Source: Paludibacteraceae bacterium
GTDB taxonomy: Bacteria > Bacteroidota > Bacteroidia > Bacteroidales > Paludibacteraceae
Length of the DNA: 64,000 nt
Assembly (NCBI GenBank): GCA_045627765.1
Contig: JAZQOG010000036.1
Coordinates: forward strand, 1,045 to 65,044
Direction: 5' to 3'
The notes under the pieces were generated by a model. The model saw only the letters and a program-made list of their open reading frames with translations, ran no database searches and was not told the origin of the DNA. Shown here piece after piece: positions 53,611 through 63,533 of the stretch. Position 1 is the stretch's first letter. Every line of letters begins with the position of its first letter. The position numbers and the translations under genes were made by a program.

Positions 53611-54734
53611 GCAAACAGGATAGATACGAGTTGTTGGCTCAGGGAATGAATGTCCCACGGAGCCAATATTTTTTTACGTTCTTCGATATGGTCTTGGGTG
53701 AAGGGTCGCGCCATCTTCTCTTGGCATAAAAGGGCTAATTCTTCCGGGGAGTTGCCTATGGAGCATGCACAAGCAAGAGTGGTTCCCACTAACATCGAAT
53801 CGTTCGCCACAATAAATCGTCCTTGATAGAGGGCGTTGATGAGTTTGAGTTTGATGCCCGTACCCTGGAATGTGAGCATCAAATGAATATGTGCGGTTGC
53901 AATCAGTTGGTGCATTCGTTCTTGAGAAGGATTATTGACAAGGCAGATATTTTTCTGTTTAGCACAAGCTTGTTGCAAGTGTTTCGATGCCCCTTTACCC
54001 GCGATGGTGATAGGAATTTTGGGGATAAGAGGGGCTACTTTTTCTGCAATATAGAGTGCTGCATAATCATTCTCAGCAACGGATAGATTGCCATGGTAGA
54101 GTATAAACTCGCCCTTTCCTAAAGCACTTTGCACTTGTTGGTTCTCGTGAAAACAGGGTAGGTAGTAAACGGGTACATTCGGGAATGATTGTCGGAAATG
54201 TTGTTCGTCTTGGTGAGCAAGGGCAAAAATACCATTGGCGTTTTGCAGAATGTTCTCAAAGCGTTTTAGGTGGTATGCTTCTATGTGAAAATAACATTTC
54301 TTCCATAGATGGGGCGTTGCTTTTCCTAAGGCATGATAGTAATCGTGCTCCACATTGCACTCCCTAAAGAACTTTTTGCGGTTGGCAAGTGCAGGATGAT
54401 TGAGGTAGAGACAATCCACCAATCCTTCAAACAGAATAGGTGCCTCGTCGGCTAATAAATGATTGATAAGTTCTTTATCTTCTCTGCTATTGACAGCCCA
54501 AGGCAGTCGAGAAAACAACTGCGAGAGTCTTAATTTACGTGGATAATAATAGACTTTGCGACAAAGGGATTCCAATTCGGGATGATGGCTCAACTCGCCC
54601 TTGTAGGTGCAGTGCAAGGTTATTTCTACTCCCGTTTGTGCGAGTGCTTGAATACGATAAAAAACATCAATGGCACCTCCGTAGGTGGGAGGAAAAGGAA
54701 TATCAAAACAGATGATGTGTAGTGCCTTGGTCAT
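53607..54734 (-). CDS. glycosyltransferase (GT4/GT1-like)
   Basis: 375 aa. N-terminus ICFDIPFPPTYGGAIDVF and a C-terminal sugar-donor-domain pattern. Confidence 0.6.
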   Translation of the reverse strand: MTKALHIICFDIPFPPTYGGAIDVFYRIQALAQTGVEITLHCTYKGELSHHPELESLCRKVYYYPRKLRLSQLFSRLPWAVNSREDKELINHLLADEAPILFEGLVDCLYLNHPALANRKKFFRECNVEHDYYHALGKATPHLWKKCYFHIEAYHLKRFENILQNANGIFALAHQDEQHFRQSFPNVPVYYLPCFHENQQVQSALGKGEFILYHGNLSVAENDYAALYIAEKVAPLIPKIPITIAGKGASKHLQQACAKQKNICLVNNPSQERMHQLIATAHIHLMLTFQGTGIKLKLINALYQGRFIVANDSMLVGTTLACACSIGNSPEELALLCQEKMARPFTQDHIEERKKILAPWDIHSLSQQLVSILFA

Positions 54735-55849
54735 AGCGATAGGAAGATTTGTTCAAACTGTTGTGCTTGATGTTGGCGGGTAAATTCGGCTTTATGTTGA
54801 ACGGCTTGTTGGGTAAAACCTTTGGTCTGCCATTCGTGATAGCGGTCTGAAATGAAAGGTTTGACTTCTTCTATAGAGGTGGCTGCGAGTCCGGCATTCG
54901 TATAGGCAAAAGCTTGTGCCAAACATTCCTCGTCGGATTCAATGAGCAGCTGTGGTTTCTCCACGCCCAATCCCTCAAAAAATTTCGTGGTCATGATACC
55001 ATGCGTGCCTTGCGGGTCGGATTTTTGCCCAAGGATAAGAAGAATAGAGGCCTGCTGCATGATGGTACTTATCTGTTCGCGTGGCACATAGTCATGGATA
55101 GTCAAATGGACATGGTATGGTTGTGCCATCTGTTTGAGTTCCTCTTCGCACTCGCTGCTTGTATAGAAATCTACATAGATATCGTGCATGGGTAATTGCG
55201 ATAGGGCTTCAAAGAGCATAAGCGGGTTGCGTTTTTCAAGCGAGTGTAACTGTCCAAGGTAGACGATGCGGAACGTGTCCGAAGGAGTTGCACAGGGGTG
55301 TATCTCGTTGACATCAAAGCCGTTGTAGATGCAATGGCAATGAGGGTTATATCGGCTGAGCGTTTGTTGATGCCAAGGGGAAACGGTAGTCACGGCTGCT
55401 GCTTGGTGAAGTACCCGATTGCGTCGGCATAAATGGTAGGCATCATAAAGGCGTTTGACTATCCTATCTAACCAAGCGCAAGGAAGGGTTCGTGTGTAGA
55501 ACCCTTTGGGTCCCCATTGTTCGCGGATGTCCCGTAAGTCGGTGACAAGAGGGCAGTGTAGCTGTTGGGCAATCTTACCGGCTGTTTGCAAGGGGAAATA
55601 GTGGTAGGTAGAACAAAAAACGAGGTCGAAGGACCGGTCTCCAATCGTTTGCAAGACATATTGAAGGTATCGTTTCTCTCGTCCTTGTGTGAGTAAGTCG
55701 AGCCATCCCGAACGACGAATAGATTGTGGCTCGGGTACTAACTGACAGTCCCATCCTTGTTGGATGAGGTATTGGACAAGGCTCATCACACGAGGAGAAT
55801 AAGCAGGCGGTTCGATGGCTTCACATAATATGAGGATGGATCGTTTCAT
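54731..55849 (-). CDS. glycosyltransferase-like protein
   Basis: 372 aa. GT-B-like N-terminus ILILCEAIEPPAYSPRV. ATGA overlaps on both sides. Confidence 0.45.
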   Translation of the reverse strand: MKRSILILCEAIEPPAYSPRVMSLVQYLIQQGWDCQLVPEPQSIRRSGWLDLLTQGREKRYLQYVLQTIGDRSFDLVFCSTYHYFPLQTAGKIAQQLHCPLVTDLRDIREQWGPKGFYTRTLPCAWLDRIVKRLYDAYHLCRRNRVLHQAAAVTTVSPWHQQTLSRYNPHCHCIYNGFDVNEIHPCATPSDTFRIVYLGQLHSLEKRNPLMLFEALSQLPMHDIYVDFYTSSECEEELKQMAQPYHVHLTIHDYVPREQISTIMQQASILLILGQKSDPQGTHGIMTTKFFEGLGVEKPQLLIESDEECLAQAFAYTNAGLAATSIEEVKPFISDRYHEWQTKGFTQQAVQHKAEFTRQHQAQQFEQIFLSL

Positions 55850-57057
55850 TGTTTATGGCTGCCAATAAGGTTAAGCAGTTCGGGATATAGTATGAGGTGA
55901 TAAAAATCGGTAAAGACATGGTTATGCCAGAGCAATGTCAGTTCCCCGTTGTATTGTTTGACTTTGTCTATCAAGGCTTGGCAATAGTAAAAGGCCTCTT
56001 GCTCATTGAGGTGCATATATGGCTCGTTTTGTAGGGTGCAGTCCATGATCGTTAAGGGGTGCAAAACAAGATTCGTGAGTTCAAACGTGACGGGATTGAT
56101 CCACCGCACAGGACGGGTCGTTTGTAAACGGAAACCGGCTTGATCGGCAAACCCCATCGTATAATCATCCGTTATACCGGCGGTGACTAACGCTTGCATC
56201 TTCTCGATGGAGCACCGCAAGAAATGACTGCGGTGCTTTTTTTCTAGATTGTCTAGATTTCCTAGGTTGTCTAGTTTTCCTAGATTTCCTAGTTCATAGT
56301 AACTGCTATGCAATCCCAAAAGGGCCCCATGCTCGGTGAGGTACTGAGCGAGCTGACGAAAGTCTTTGCCGCGCAGATTGTATTGCGGATAATCATAGCC
56401 TTTGCCGGAAGTGTTCTTGACAAAGTAGATGATCTTTGTTTGGGGCAGTTGTTTGACCACTTGTAGGTCTTGGTTCATCATCCATTCAAACGTGTAGGCG
56501 GGGTCGTTGTGAATCTCTTTCCACGCGGCAATCACATCTTTCCAATGTCCTCTTGAAAGCCCTCCAATAGCACCTCGCAGGTGGCGATAGCGGGTGAGAA
56601 TATCTATGTCGTGTGTGAGATTGATACCCGAAAATCCGGAAGGGAGTAATGGTAAATCCAATGCCTTCATGAGTACGCGACTATACTCGTCAATAAGCGG
56701 AATCATTAGGCGGTTGTTCTCTCCGAGAATAGAGTGTTGGGCTAAGAATCGTCCATGTTCATCCCGTTGCGGATTAATCAGTTCTTCTGCGCGAGAGATA
56801 AAGAAGGCGGTGTTGTAGATGATATCCGTTGTAAACACAATGGGGCCGTCCTTCGGACTGAAAGATTGCTGCGCTGTAAGACCCCCTTCAGCTGAAAGAT
56901 CAGGTAAAACCCAATCTTTGCCGAGGTGCCCATTGGCTTGAATGCAAACCCGATATCGGTAGCACTTCGTAGGATCTACGTTGTATGCAACTTGTTTGGC
57001 TGCCTCTTTATTTCCATAAAGAAGAAACTCAATAATATATTCTACAATCTCATCCAT
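55846..57057 (-). CDS. hypothetical protein of the polysaccharide cluster (possible deacetylase-like)
   Basis: The track start 57060 is TTG. ATG at 57057 gives 403 aa. INLTHDIDIL motif. Contains the in-frame LGNLGKLDNLGNLDNLEK repeat. Confidence 0.45.
   Translation of the reverse strand: MDEIVEYIIEFLLYGNKEAAKQVAYNVDPTKCYRYRVCIQANGHLGKDWVLPDLSAEGGLTAQQSFSPKDGPIVFTTDIIYNTAFFISRAEELINPQRDEHGRFLAQHSILGENNRLMIPLIDEYSRVLMKALDLPLLPSGFSGINLTHDIDILTRYRHLRGAIGGLSRGHWKDVIAAWKEIHNDPAYTFEWMMNQDLQVVKQLPQTKIIYFVKNTSGKGYDYPQYNLRGKDFRQLAQYLTEHGALLGLHSSYYELGNLGKLDNLGNLDNLEKKHRSHFLRCSIEKMQALVTAGITDDYTMGFADQAGFRLQTTRPVRWINPVTFELTNLVLHPLTIMDCTLQNEPYMHLNEQEAFYYCQALIDKVKQYNGELTLLWHNHVFTDFYHLILYPELLNLIGSHKQ
56244..56297 (-). 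repeat. 9-bp-period CTAGATTKY x6 inside the 403-aa ORF, in frame
   Basis: ctagattgt ctagatttc ctaggttgt ctagttttc ctagatttc ctagttcat on the plus strand. The sense strand encodes ELGNLGKLDNLGNLDNLE. Confidence 0.9.
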
Positions 57058-57070
57058 CAATTCATCATTT
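57057..57070 (-). repeat. third copy of the 14-mer AAATGATGAATTGA, between the ABC-F stop and the next ATG
   Basis: Plus strand reads tcaattcatcattt. The surrounding sense sequence is TGAATGATGGACTGATGAAATGATGAATTGATGG. Confidence 0.85.
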
Positions 57071-57080
57071 CATCAGTCCA

Positions 57081-58859
57081 TCATTCACTAAGGATCTCCC
57101 ACTCGTACATTTTCTGTTCGAGGGCGTGTTTGATATGTTCGTATTTGGCGAAGTTCTCTTGTGTTTGGTTAGCGGGGTCATTGAGGCTTAGCTCCATCGT
57201 TTTTTGTTGTTCTTCCAACTGAGCAATCTCTGCCTCTATTTCGGCTATCTGTTTCTCTTTTTTTCGTTTGGCTGCGGCTTGCGCTTTTTGAGCTTCGTAG
57301 TCGAGTTTAGATCCGGATTCTCCGGATATTCCGGATTTTCCGGTTTTCTCGGGGGACTTCTCCAACTCTTGTAGAGAACTCATCTTTTTTCTACGTAGGA
57401 AGTCGTAGATTCCCCCGATGTGTTCGCGCACTTTGCCTCCACCGAACTCATACACTTTTTGTACAAGTCCATCGAGGAAATCGCGGTCGTGGCTGACACA
57501 AATCACTGTCCCATCGAAGTCTTGTAGTGCTTGTTTGAGTACATCTTTTGAGGGCATATCGAGGTGGTTGGTAGGCTCGTCAAGGATGAGTAGGTTACAG
57601 GGTTCGAGCAGTAGTCGTATCATCGCTAAGCGGCTGCGTTCGCCTCCACTAAGCACTTTGACTTTCTTGTCGGAAGCCTCGCCACCGAACATGAAAGCAC
57701 CTAAGATATCGCGAATCTTAGTCCGTATATCGCCTACGGCGACGCGGTCGATGGTATCAAAAACAGTTTGCGTTTCGTCTAAGAGTGAGGCTTGGTTTTG
57801 AGCAAAATAGCCTATCTTGACATTATGTCCAATCTTGAGTGTTCCCTCATAATCGAGTTGACTCATGATACAGCGCACGAGGGTGGTTTTACCTTCTCCG
57901 TTTTTTCCGACAAACGCCACTTTCTCTCCACGTCGAATGGTGAGGTTAACATCTTGAATGACGGTGTGGTCGCCAAAGGCTTTGGTGAGGTCTTGAATGA
58001 TGACGGGAAAATCCCCACTGCGTGGAGCAGGCGGAAAACGTAGATTGAGTCGAGAGGTGTCTTCAAGATCCACTTCGAGACGTTCGAGTTTATCGAGTTG
58101 CTTGATACGCGATTGTACTTGTACGGCTTTGGTGGCTTTATAGCGGAAACGTTCGATAAAATCTTCCGTCTCTTGAATCATTTTTTGTTGATTGAGGTAA
58201 GCGCGTACCTGTTGGTCGTGTCGTTCTTGGCGAAGGGCAACGAACTTGGAATAGGGTACATTATAATCGTAGATACGACCAAGAGTGATCTCAATGGTTC
58301 GGCGGGTGATGTTATCGATGAAAGCGCGGTCGTGGCTGACTACGATGACGGTCATGTTGCTGGCATTGATAAAGTCTTCGAGCCATTGGATAGACTCAAT
58401 GTCAAGGTGGTTGGTAGGCTCATCTAAGAGGAGCAGGTCGGGGTGCTGAAGTAGGATCTTGGCTAATTCAATACGCATCCGCCAACCTCCTGAGAACTCT
58501 GTGCAAGGGCGATGGAAGTCTTTGCGCTCAAACCCAAGACCGATGATTGTGCGATCCATCTCCGCAATGAAACGGGCTTGGTCTTCTCCTTGGAAGATCG
58601 TCATCACTTCTTCTTGAAGGGTATTACCATCCTTATGGAGCATCACCTGTGGTAGGTAACCGATGGTGAGGTCGTTATCTCGTGCGATAGTGCCCGATGT
58701 AGGGGTATATTCGCCCGCAATGAGGCGGAGAAGGGTTGTTTTGCCTGCTCCGTTCTTTCCGACCAAGGCGATACGGTCTTTCTTGTTGACGAGGAAAGAG
58801 ATATCGTTGAGGATGGGTCGTGCCGAAAACTCAATGCTAAGATGTTCGATAGATAACAT
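57081..58859 (-). CDS. ABC-F family ATPase (two ABC domains, no TM domain)
   Basis: 592 aa. Walker A GKNGAGKTTLL and GKNGEGKTTLV, signatures FSGGWRMR and LSGGERSR, and a C-terminal coiled-coil. Confidence 0.9.
   Translation of the reverse strand: MLSIEHLSIEFSARPILNDISFLVNKKDRIALVGKNGAGKTTLLRLIAGEYTPTSGTIARDNDLTIGYLPQVMLHKDGNTLQEEVMTIFQGEDQARFIAEMDRTIIGLGFERKDFHRPCTEFSGGWRMRIELAKILLQHPDLLLLDEPTNHLDIESIQWLEDFINASNMTVIVVSHDRAFIDNITRRTIEITLGRIYDYNVPYSKFVALRQERHDQQVRAYLNQQKMIQETEDFIERFRYKATKAVQVQSRIKQLDKLERLEVDLEDTSRLNLRFPPAPRSGDFPVIIQDLTKAFGDHTVIQDVNLTIRRGEKVAFVGKNGEGKTTLVRCIMSQLDYEGTLKIGHNVKIGYFAQNQASLLDETQTVFDTIDRVAVGDIRTKIRDILGAFMFGGEASDKKVKVLSGGERSRLAMIRLLLEPCNLLILDEPTNHLDMPSKDVLKQALQDFDGTVICVSHDRDFLDGLVQKVYEFGGGKVREHIGGIYDFLRRKKMSSLQELEKSPEKTGKSGISGESGSKLDYEAQKAQAAAKRKKEKQIAEIEAEIAQLEEQQKTMELSLNDPANQTQENFAKYEHIKHALEQKMYEWEILSE
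57312..57347 (-). repeat. 9-bp-period TCCGGATTY x4 inside the ABC-F gene, in frame
   Basis: The sense strand aaaaccggaaaatccggaatatccggagaatccgga encodes KTGKSGISGESG. It shares ACCGGAAAATCCGGA with mutS2 53242-53256. Confidence 0.9.
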
Positions 58860-60814
58860 TAGATGTCTAATTCTTCGTAAATGGAGTTTTTACTCTTAAA
58901 TTCAGGTACAATCTCTTTCATCTTCTTAACCACAAGGAAGGGTTTGTTCGATTCGGCAAGATGAACTAACTCGGTGATGTCTTGTTGCACTTGCTCGTAG
59001 TCATATTCTCTGACTTTAGCGATGAGAATCTTCTTATTAGAGGTCGGCAAAGTGGTTTCCTTCTTGTTGAGCAGTTCCTCAAACAGTTTCTCACCCGGAC
59101 GGAGTCCTGTAAAGACGATCTGCATATCTTCCCCGGGGATGTATCCTGCTAATCGGATCATGTTTTTGGCAAGATTGAGAATCTTCACAGGGTGTCCCAT
59201 GTCGAAGACGAAGATCTCTCCGCCATTGCCTAAAGCGGAAGCTTCCATCACAAGGCAACATGCCTCGGGAATGGTCATGAAATAGCGAATGATATCGGGG
59301 TGGGTGACGGTGACAGGACCTCCTGCCGCAATCTGTTTCTTGAAATAAGGGATGACAGAACCATTGGAGCCGAGAACATTACCGAAACGAGTGGTGATGA
59401 ATTTCGTGCAGTTGGGATTGTCCTTTTGTAGTTTCTTGAATAGGGACTGAACATAGATCTCTGCGATACGCTTGCTCGCACCCATGATATTGGTGGGGTT
59501 AACGGCTTTATCGGTGGAAATCATAATAAAGCGTTCTGCCTTATATTTGACAGCTATATCCGCCATGTTACGTGTTCCCATCACGTTGGCTTGAATAGCT
59601 TCGTTGGGGTGCGACTCCATCAAAGGAACATGTTTATAGGCGGCTGCGTGATAGATAATATCGGGTTTATATTCCGAGAAAATCGTTTCTATGCGTTTGC
59701 GATTACGAACATCCGCAATCAAAGGAACAAAGTTCGCATTAGGAAACTCATTATGTAAATCAAGAATAAGGCTGTGTAGGGGCGATTCTGCTTGCTCCAC
59801 AAGAATGGTGATTCGTGGGTTAAACTTCTGTATTTGCCGAACAAGTTCGGAACCTATACTGCCTGCGGCACCGCTGACAAGTACAATCTTATCTTGTATG
59901 GTAGAAAGCACATTATCTGTATCAATGGTAATGGTCGGTCGCTCAAGTAGATCCTCAATTTGAATGCTGTTAATGCGAAGAAGGTGTTTCTTTTGCTCTT
60001 CAGATGTGTCGTCATCGTAGAGGTTAAAGTTTGAAGTGGTAAGGATATGGATATTGTTTTTAATGAGTATCTGTAAGTCCTTAGCCGGAATAGAAGAACC
60101 AAGATTTGCAGAAGTAAAGATGATATATCGTATGCCACGAGTGTGCATATAATCCATCGTTTTTTGGTTGAGAGGAAAGACGTGTAGACCTACCAAACGA
60201 TAAGGAATCTTATTAGAGGCAGTTTCTGCAAAACCGACAATACGGTAGGGAGCATTCGTCATTGAATGCAACATCTTGGCAGTTGCCAAACCGGATGAGT
60301 TGGTACCATAGATAAGCGCTTTAGGACTATTGGATAAGGTTTGAGAGATTGCTTCATATAAGGTCTTAACACCCACCCGAAGACAGAATAAAAGTACAAA
60401 TGCAATGGGCACATATAGGGCAGGAACGGTGTTATAAAAAAGTTTGTAATGTATAAAATGATCTACACTCAAACTGAGGAAAAGAATCAGTATACCGGTG
60501 CATGCAACAGCGAATAGACATTTGATGGTATCCACAAATGTGGAATAACGCAAAATACCCGAATACGTGTGAAAAATATAGAAAAAGAACACCTGCACGC
60601 ACAAAAGAATGAGGAATTGGTACGTGATGGGTAACATCTCAAAATCCATATTATAGCGGAAGACACCACTTCCAATCCAATAACTTAAGAGGAAGGCGAT
60701 GACGCAGAGGACGCAGTCCATTAATAAGACGCTCCAACGGGGTAAATAGTTAAAATCAAAGATGTGAGAGAAAATGTCGGATTGACGAATCTCTTTAATC
60801 AGTTTGTTTGCCAT
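58859..60814 (-). CDS. CapD/WbpM-type polysaccharide biosynthesis protein (membrane-anchored NDP-sugar dehydratase/epimerase)
   Basis: Trimmed from 60973 to MANKLIKEI (651 aa) because the longer ORF overlaps uvrA. It has N-terminal TM helices and Rossmann motif VSGAAGSIGSEL. Confidence 0.85.
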   Translation of the reverse strand: MANKLIKEIRQSDIFSHIFDFNYLPRWSVLLMDCVLCVIAFLLSYWIGSGVFRYNMDFEMLPITYQFLILLCVQVFFFYIFHTYSGILRYSTFVDTIKCLFAVACTGILILFLSLSVDHFIHYKLFYNTVPALYVPIAFVLLFCLRVGVKTLYEAISQTLSNSPKALIYGTNSSGLATAKMLHSMTNAPYRIVGFAETASNKIPYRLVGLHVFPLNQKTMDYMHTRGIRYIIFTSANLGSSIPAKDLQILIKNNIHILTTSNFNLYDDDTSEEQKKHLLRINSIQIEDLLERPTITIDTDNVLSTIQDKIVLVSGAAGSIGSELVRQIQKFNPRITILVEQAESPLHSLILDLHNEFPNANFVPLIADVRNRKRIETIFSEYKPDIIYHAAAYKHVPLMESHPNEAIQANVMGTRNMADIAVKYKAERFIMISTDKAVNPTNIMGASKRIAEIYVQSLFKKLQKDNPNCTKFITTRFGNVLGSNGSVIPYFKKQIAAGGPVTVTHPDIIRYFMTIPEACCLVMEASALGNGGEIFVFDMGHPVKILNLAKNMIRLAGYIPGEDMQIVFTGLRPGEKLFEELLNKKETTLPTSNKKILIAKVREYDYEQVQQDITELVHLAESNKPFLVVKKMKEIVPEFKSKNSIYEELDI

Positions 60815-63533
60815 AATATAATGTTTTGATAAATTTTCCGGTATAACTTTGTTCGCATTGTGCGAGTTGTTCGGGAGTACCCTCAAAGACAATATGTCCA
60901 CCTTCTTCTCCTCCCTCGGGACCAAGGTCAATGACGTGGTCGGCAGCAAGGATAATATGCGGATTATGCTCAATGATGATGAGCGTGTGCCCTTTGCTCA
61001 ACAGCGAGTTAAAAGCTTTTAGTAGCGTTTGTATATCTTTGCTATGCAATCCTGTGGTAGGTTCATCAAAGATAAAGAGGGTGGGCGGTTGTGATTCTTG
61101 TGACAAGAAACCTGCCAGTTTGACGCGTTGTGCCTCACCACCCGAGAGGGTGGAGGAGGATTGTCCGAGTTGGATATAACCTAATCCTACTTCCTGTAAA
61201 GGACGCAAACGTTGCACAATCTTCTTACATTGCGGGTCTTGGTCAAAGAACTCTATAGCTTGATCCACAGTCATCTGTAGAATATCGTAGATGGATTGTT
61301 CGCGGTAGTGAACATCGAGGATATCCTGTTTATATCGTTTGCCGTGACATTGTTCGCATTCGAGTACAAGGTCTGCCATAAACTGCATTTGTATAGTAAC
61401 GAACCCTTCTCCTTGACATTGTTCGCAACGTCCACCCGGAGTGTTGAACGAGAAATGAGTAGGTGTATATTCCATTTGTTGAGCGAGGGGTTGCTCGGCA
61501 AAAAGTTTGCGTATCTCGTCAAAGGCTTTGAGATAGGTGACAGGATTAGAGCGTGACGACTTACTGAGGGGGTTCTGATCTACAAACTCCACATTTTTAA
61601 TGAGGTGGGTACTGCCGCCTAAATGGCGATAGTTGCCTATGTTTTCGGCTACGCCGCCATACAGACTGCATAGGGCAGGGTAGAGCACACGGCTGACAAG
61701 GGAGGACTTGCCGCTACCGCTGACACCCGTGATGACCGTCATCACATTCAGTGGAAAACGAATGGTCAGATCCTTGAGGTTGTTTTCACAAGCTCCACTA
61801 ATCTCGATATAGTTATTCCACGGACGGCGGAAAGAAGGTATCTGCCATGCGTTGTCAAGTACACGCGGTTTACCGCAGTAAGTTATCTGTCCCCCATGGC
61901 GTCCTGCTTTGGGTCCAATCTCGATGATGGCGTCTGCGGCTTGGATAATCTCCTCATCGTGTTCCACGACGACGATCGTGTTACCAAGATCACGCAGGTC
62001 ATTGAGCACGTGGATAAGTCGATGGGTATCGCGTGCGTGCAGACCAATACTGGGTTCGTCAAGAACATATAACGACCCCACGAGGCTGCTGCCCAACGAC
62101 TTGGCAAGGTTGATGCGTTGGCTCTCTCCACCGCTCAGACTATTGCTCATTCGGTTGAGCGTGAGGTAGTTAAGTCCTACATCTTCCATAAACTGCAAGC
62201 GTGAAGCAATCTCTTTGAGGAGAGGTGCTGCGGTGAGTTGCTCCGTCTCAGTGAGGGGTAACTGTTGAAACCAAGGCTGAAGGTTCTTGATGGGCATCTG
62301 CACCACTTGTTGGATGTTCTTTCCGTCAATGAGCACGTATTCACTCTCTTTGCGTAGGCGCAGTCCGCGGCACTCTGGACAAACCGTCTTGCCTTTGTAA
62401 CGCGATAGGATGACGCGGTATTGGAGTTTCTTGTATTGCTCTTTTTCTAAGACTTGAAAGAACTCGTTGAGTCCTTTGAAATATTCGTTTCCTCGCCAAA
62501 GAAGCAATTTCTGCTCCTCGGTGAGTTGGTAGAAAGGCGTATGAATAGGGAAGTCAAACTTACTCGCATTGTAGATCAAGTCATCTAACCAAGGTTTCAT
62601 GTTCTCGCTTTTCCAGCAAACAAGGGCACCCTCGTAGATGGACATCGTCTTATCTGGAACAACGAGGTTGGGGTCGATACCGGCTACAAATCCTTGCCCA
62701 TGACAACAAGGGCATGAGCCTATAGGACTATTGAAGTCAAATAGGTGTTCGTCGGGTTCAATGAACTTAATGCCGTCTCGTTCAAAATGGTTGGAGAACG
62801 TCATCTCTTGTTCGCTTGTAACGAGGCTACATGTTCCATCTCCTTCAAAGAAGGCTGTTTGTACAGAGTCTGCAAAACGGCTAAGGGTCGCAGGGGTGTG
62901 GTCACAGACCAATCGGTCAATGAGTAAGTAGATTGGGGTGTCTGTCTGCTGCGGCAGTTCGTCGCTATCGAGGCGATACACTTGATGGTCAATCCATAGA
63001 CGCGAAAAACCTTCATCTAACCATTGCTGTTGTTTCTTCTCGATAGCCGTTCGAGATAGATGGGTAGGGGCTAATAAGTATGTTTTGGTGCCTTCGGGTA
63101 ATTGTTCAAAGGCATGGACGACATCTTGTACCGAATGACGCTTTACTTCTTCGTGGCTGATGGGAGATATCGTGTGTCCCACGCGCGCGTATAATAATTT
63201 AAGGTAGTCGTATATCTCCGTAACGGTACCGACGGTCGAACGCGGATTGCGAGATGTCACTTTTTGTTGAATGGCAATAGCGGGCGGAATACCTTCAATC
63301 TTCTCTACATCGGGTTTTTGCATACGCCCAAGGAACTGACGGGCGTAGGCACTAAGACTTTCCACATAACGCCGCTGACCTTCGGCATAGAGGGTGTCAA
63401 ATGCCAAGGACGATTTGCCGCTACCACTTACTCCGGTAATCACCACTAACTGATTACGAGGAATATCTACGGTTACGTTTTGCAGATTATGGGTGCGTGC
63501 CGATTCAATATGAATAACCTCGTCTTCGTTCAT
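60795..63533 (-). CDS. uvrA: excinuclease ABC subunit A
   Basis: 912 aa. THNLQNV..GVSGSGKSSLAFDT, zinc modules CPECRG and CEQCQGEG..CEQCHG, and a second Walker A GVSGSGKSSLV. Confidence 0.95.
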   Translation of the reverse strand: MNEDEVIHIESARTHNLQNVTVDIPRNQLVVITGVSGSGKSSLAFDTLYAEGQRRYVESLSAYARQFLGRMQKPDVEKIEGIPPAIAIQQKVTSRNPRSTVGTVTEIYDYLKLLYARVGHTISPISHEEVKRHSVQDVVHAFEQLPEGTKTYLLAPTHLSRTAIEKKQQQWLDEGFSRLWIDHQVYRLDSDELPQQTDTPIYLLIDRLVCDHTPATLSRFADSVQTAFFEGDGTCSLVTSEQEMTFSNHFERDGIKFIEPDEHLFDFNSPIGSCPCCHGQGFVAGIDPNLVVPDKTMSIYEGALVCWKSENMKPWLDDLIYNASKFDFPIHTPFYQLTEEQKLLLWRGNEYFKGLNEFFQVLEKEQYKKLQYRVILSRYKGKTVCPECRGLRLRKESEYVLIDGKNIQQVVQMPIKNLQPWFQQLPLTETEQLTAAPLLKEIASRLQFMEDVGLNYLTLNRMSNSLSGGESQRINLAKSLGSSLVGSLYVLDEPSIGLHARDTHRLIHVLNDLRDLGNTIVVVEHDEEIIQAADAIIEIGPKAGRHGGQITYCGKPRVLDNAWQIPSFRRPWNNYIEISGACENNLKDLTIRFPLNVMTVITGVSGSGKSSLVSRVLYPALCSLYGGVAENIGNYRHLGGSTHLIKNVEFVDQNPLSKSSRSNPVTYLKAFDEIRKLFAEQPLAQQMEYTPTHFSFNTPGGRCEQCQGEGFVTIQMQFMADLVLECEQCHGKRYKQDILDVHYREQSIYDILQMTVDQAIEFFDQDPQCKKIVQRLRPLQEVGLGYIQLGQSSSTLSGGEAQRVKLAGFLSQESQPPTLFIFDEPTTGLHSKDIQTLLKAFNSLLSKGHTLIIIEHNPHIILAADHVIDLGPEGGEEGGHIVFEGTPEQLAQCEQSYTGKFIKTLYYGKQTD

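Noticed and set aside
60795-60814. The 20-nt out-of-frame overlap between the uvrA stop and the CapD-like gene start, considered as a special regulatory feature.
   Set aside because: Short overlaps are common throughout this window (ATGA, TAATG and 7-17-nt overlaps), so ordinary translational coupling is the simplest explanation.
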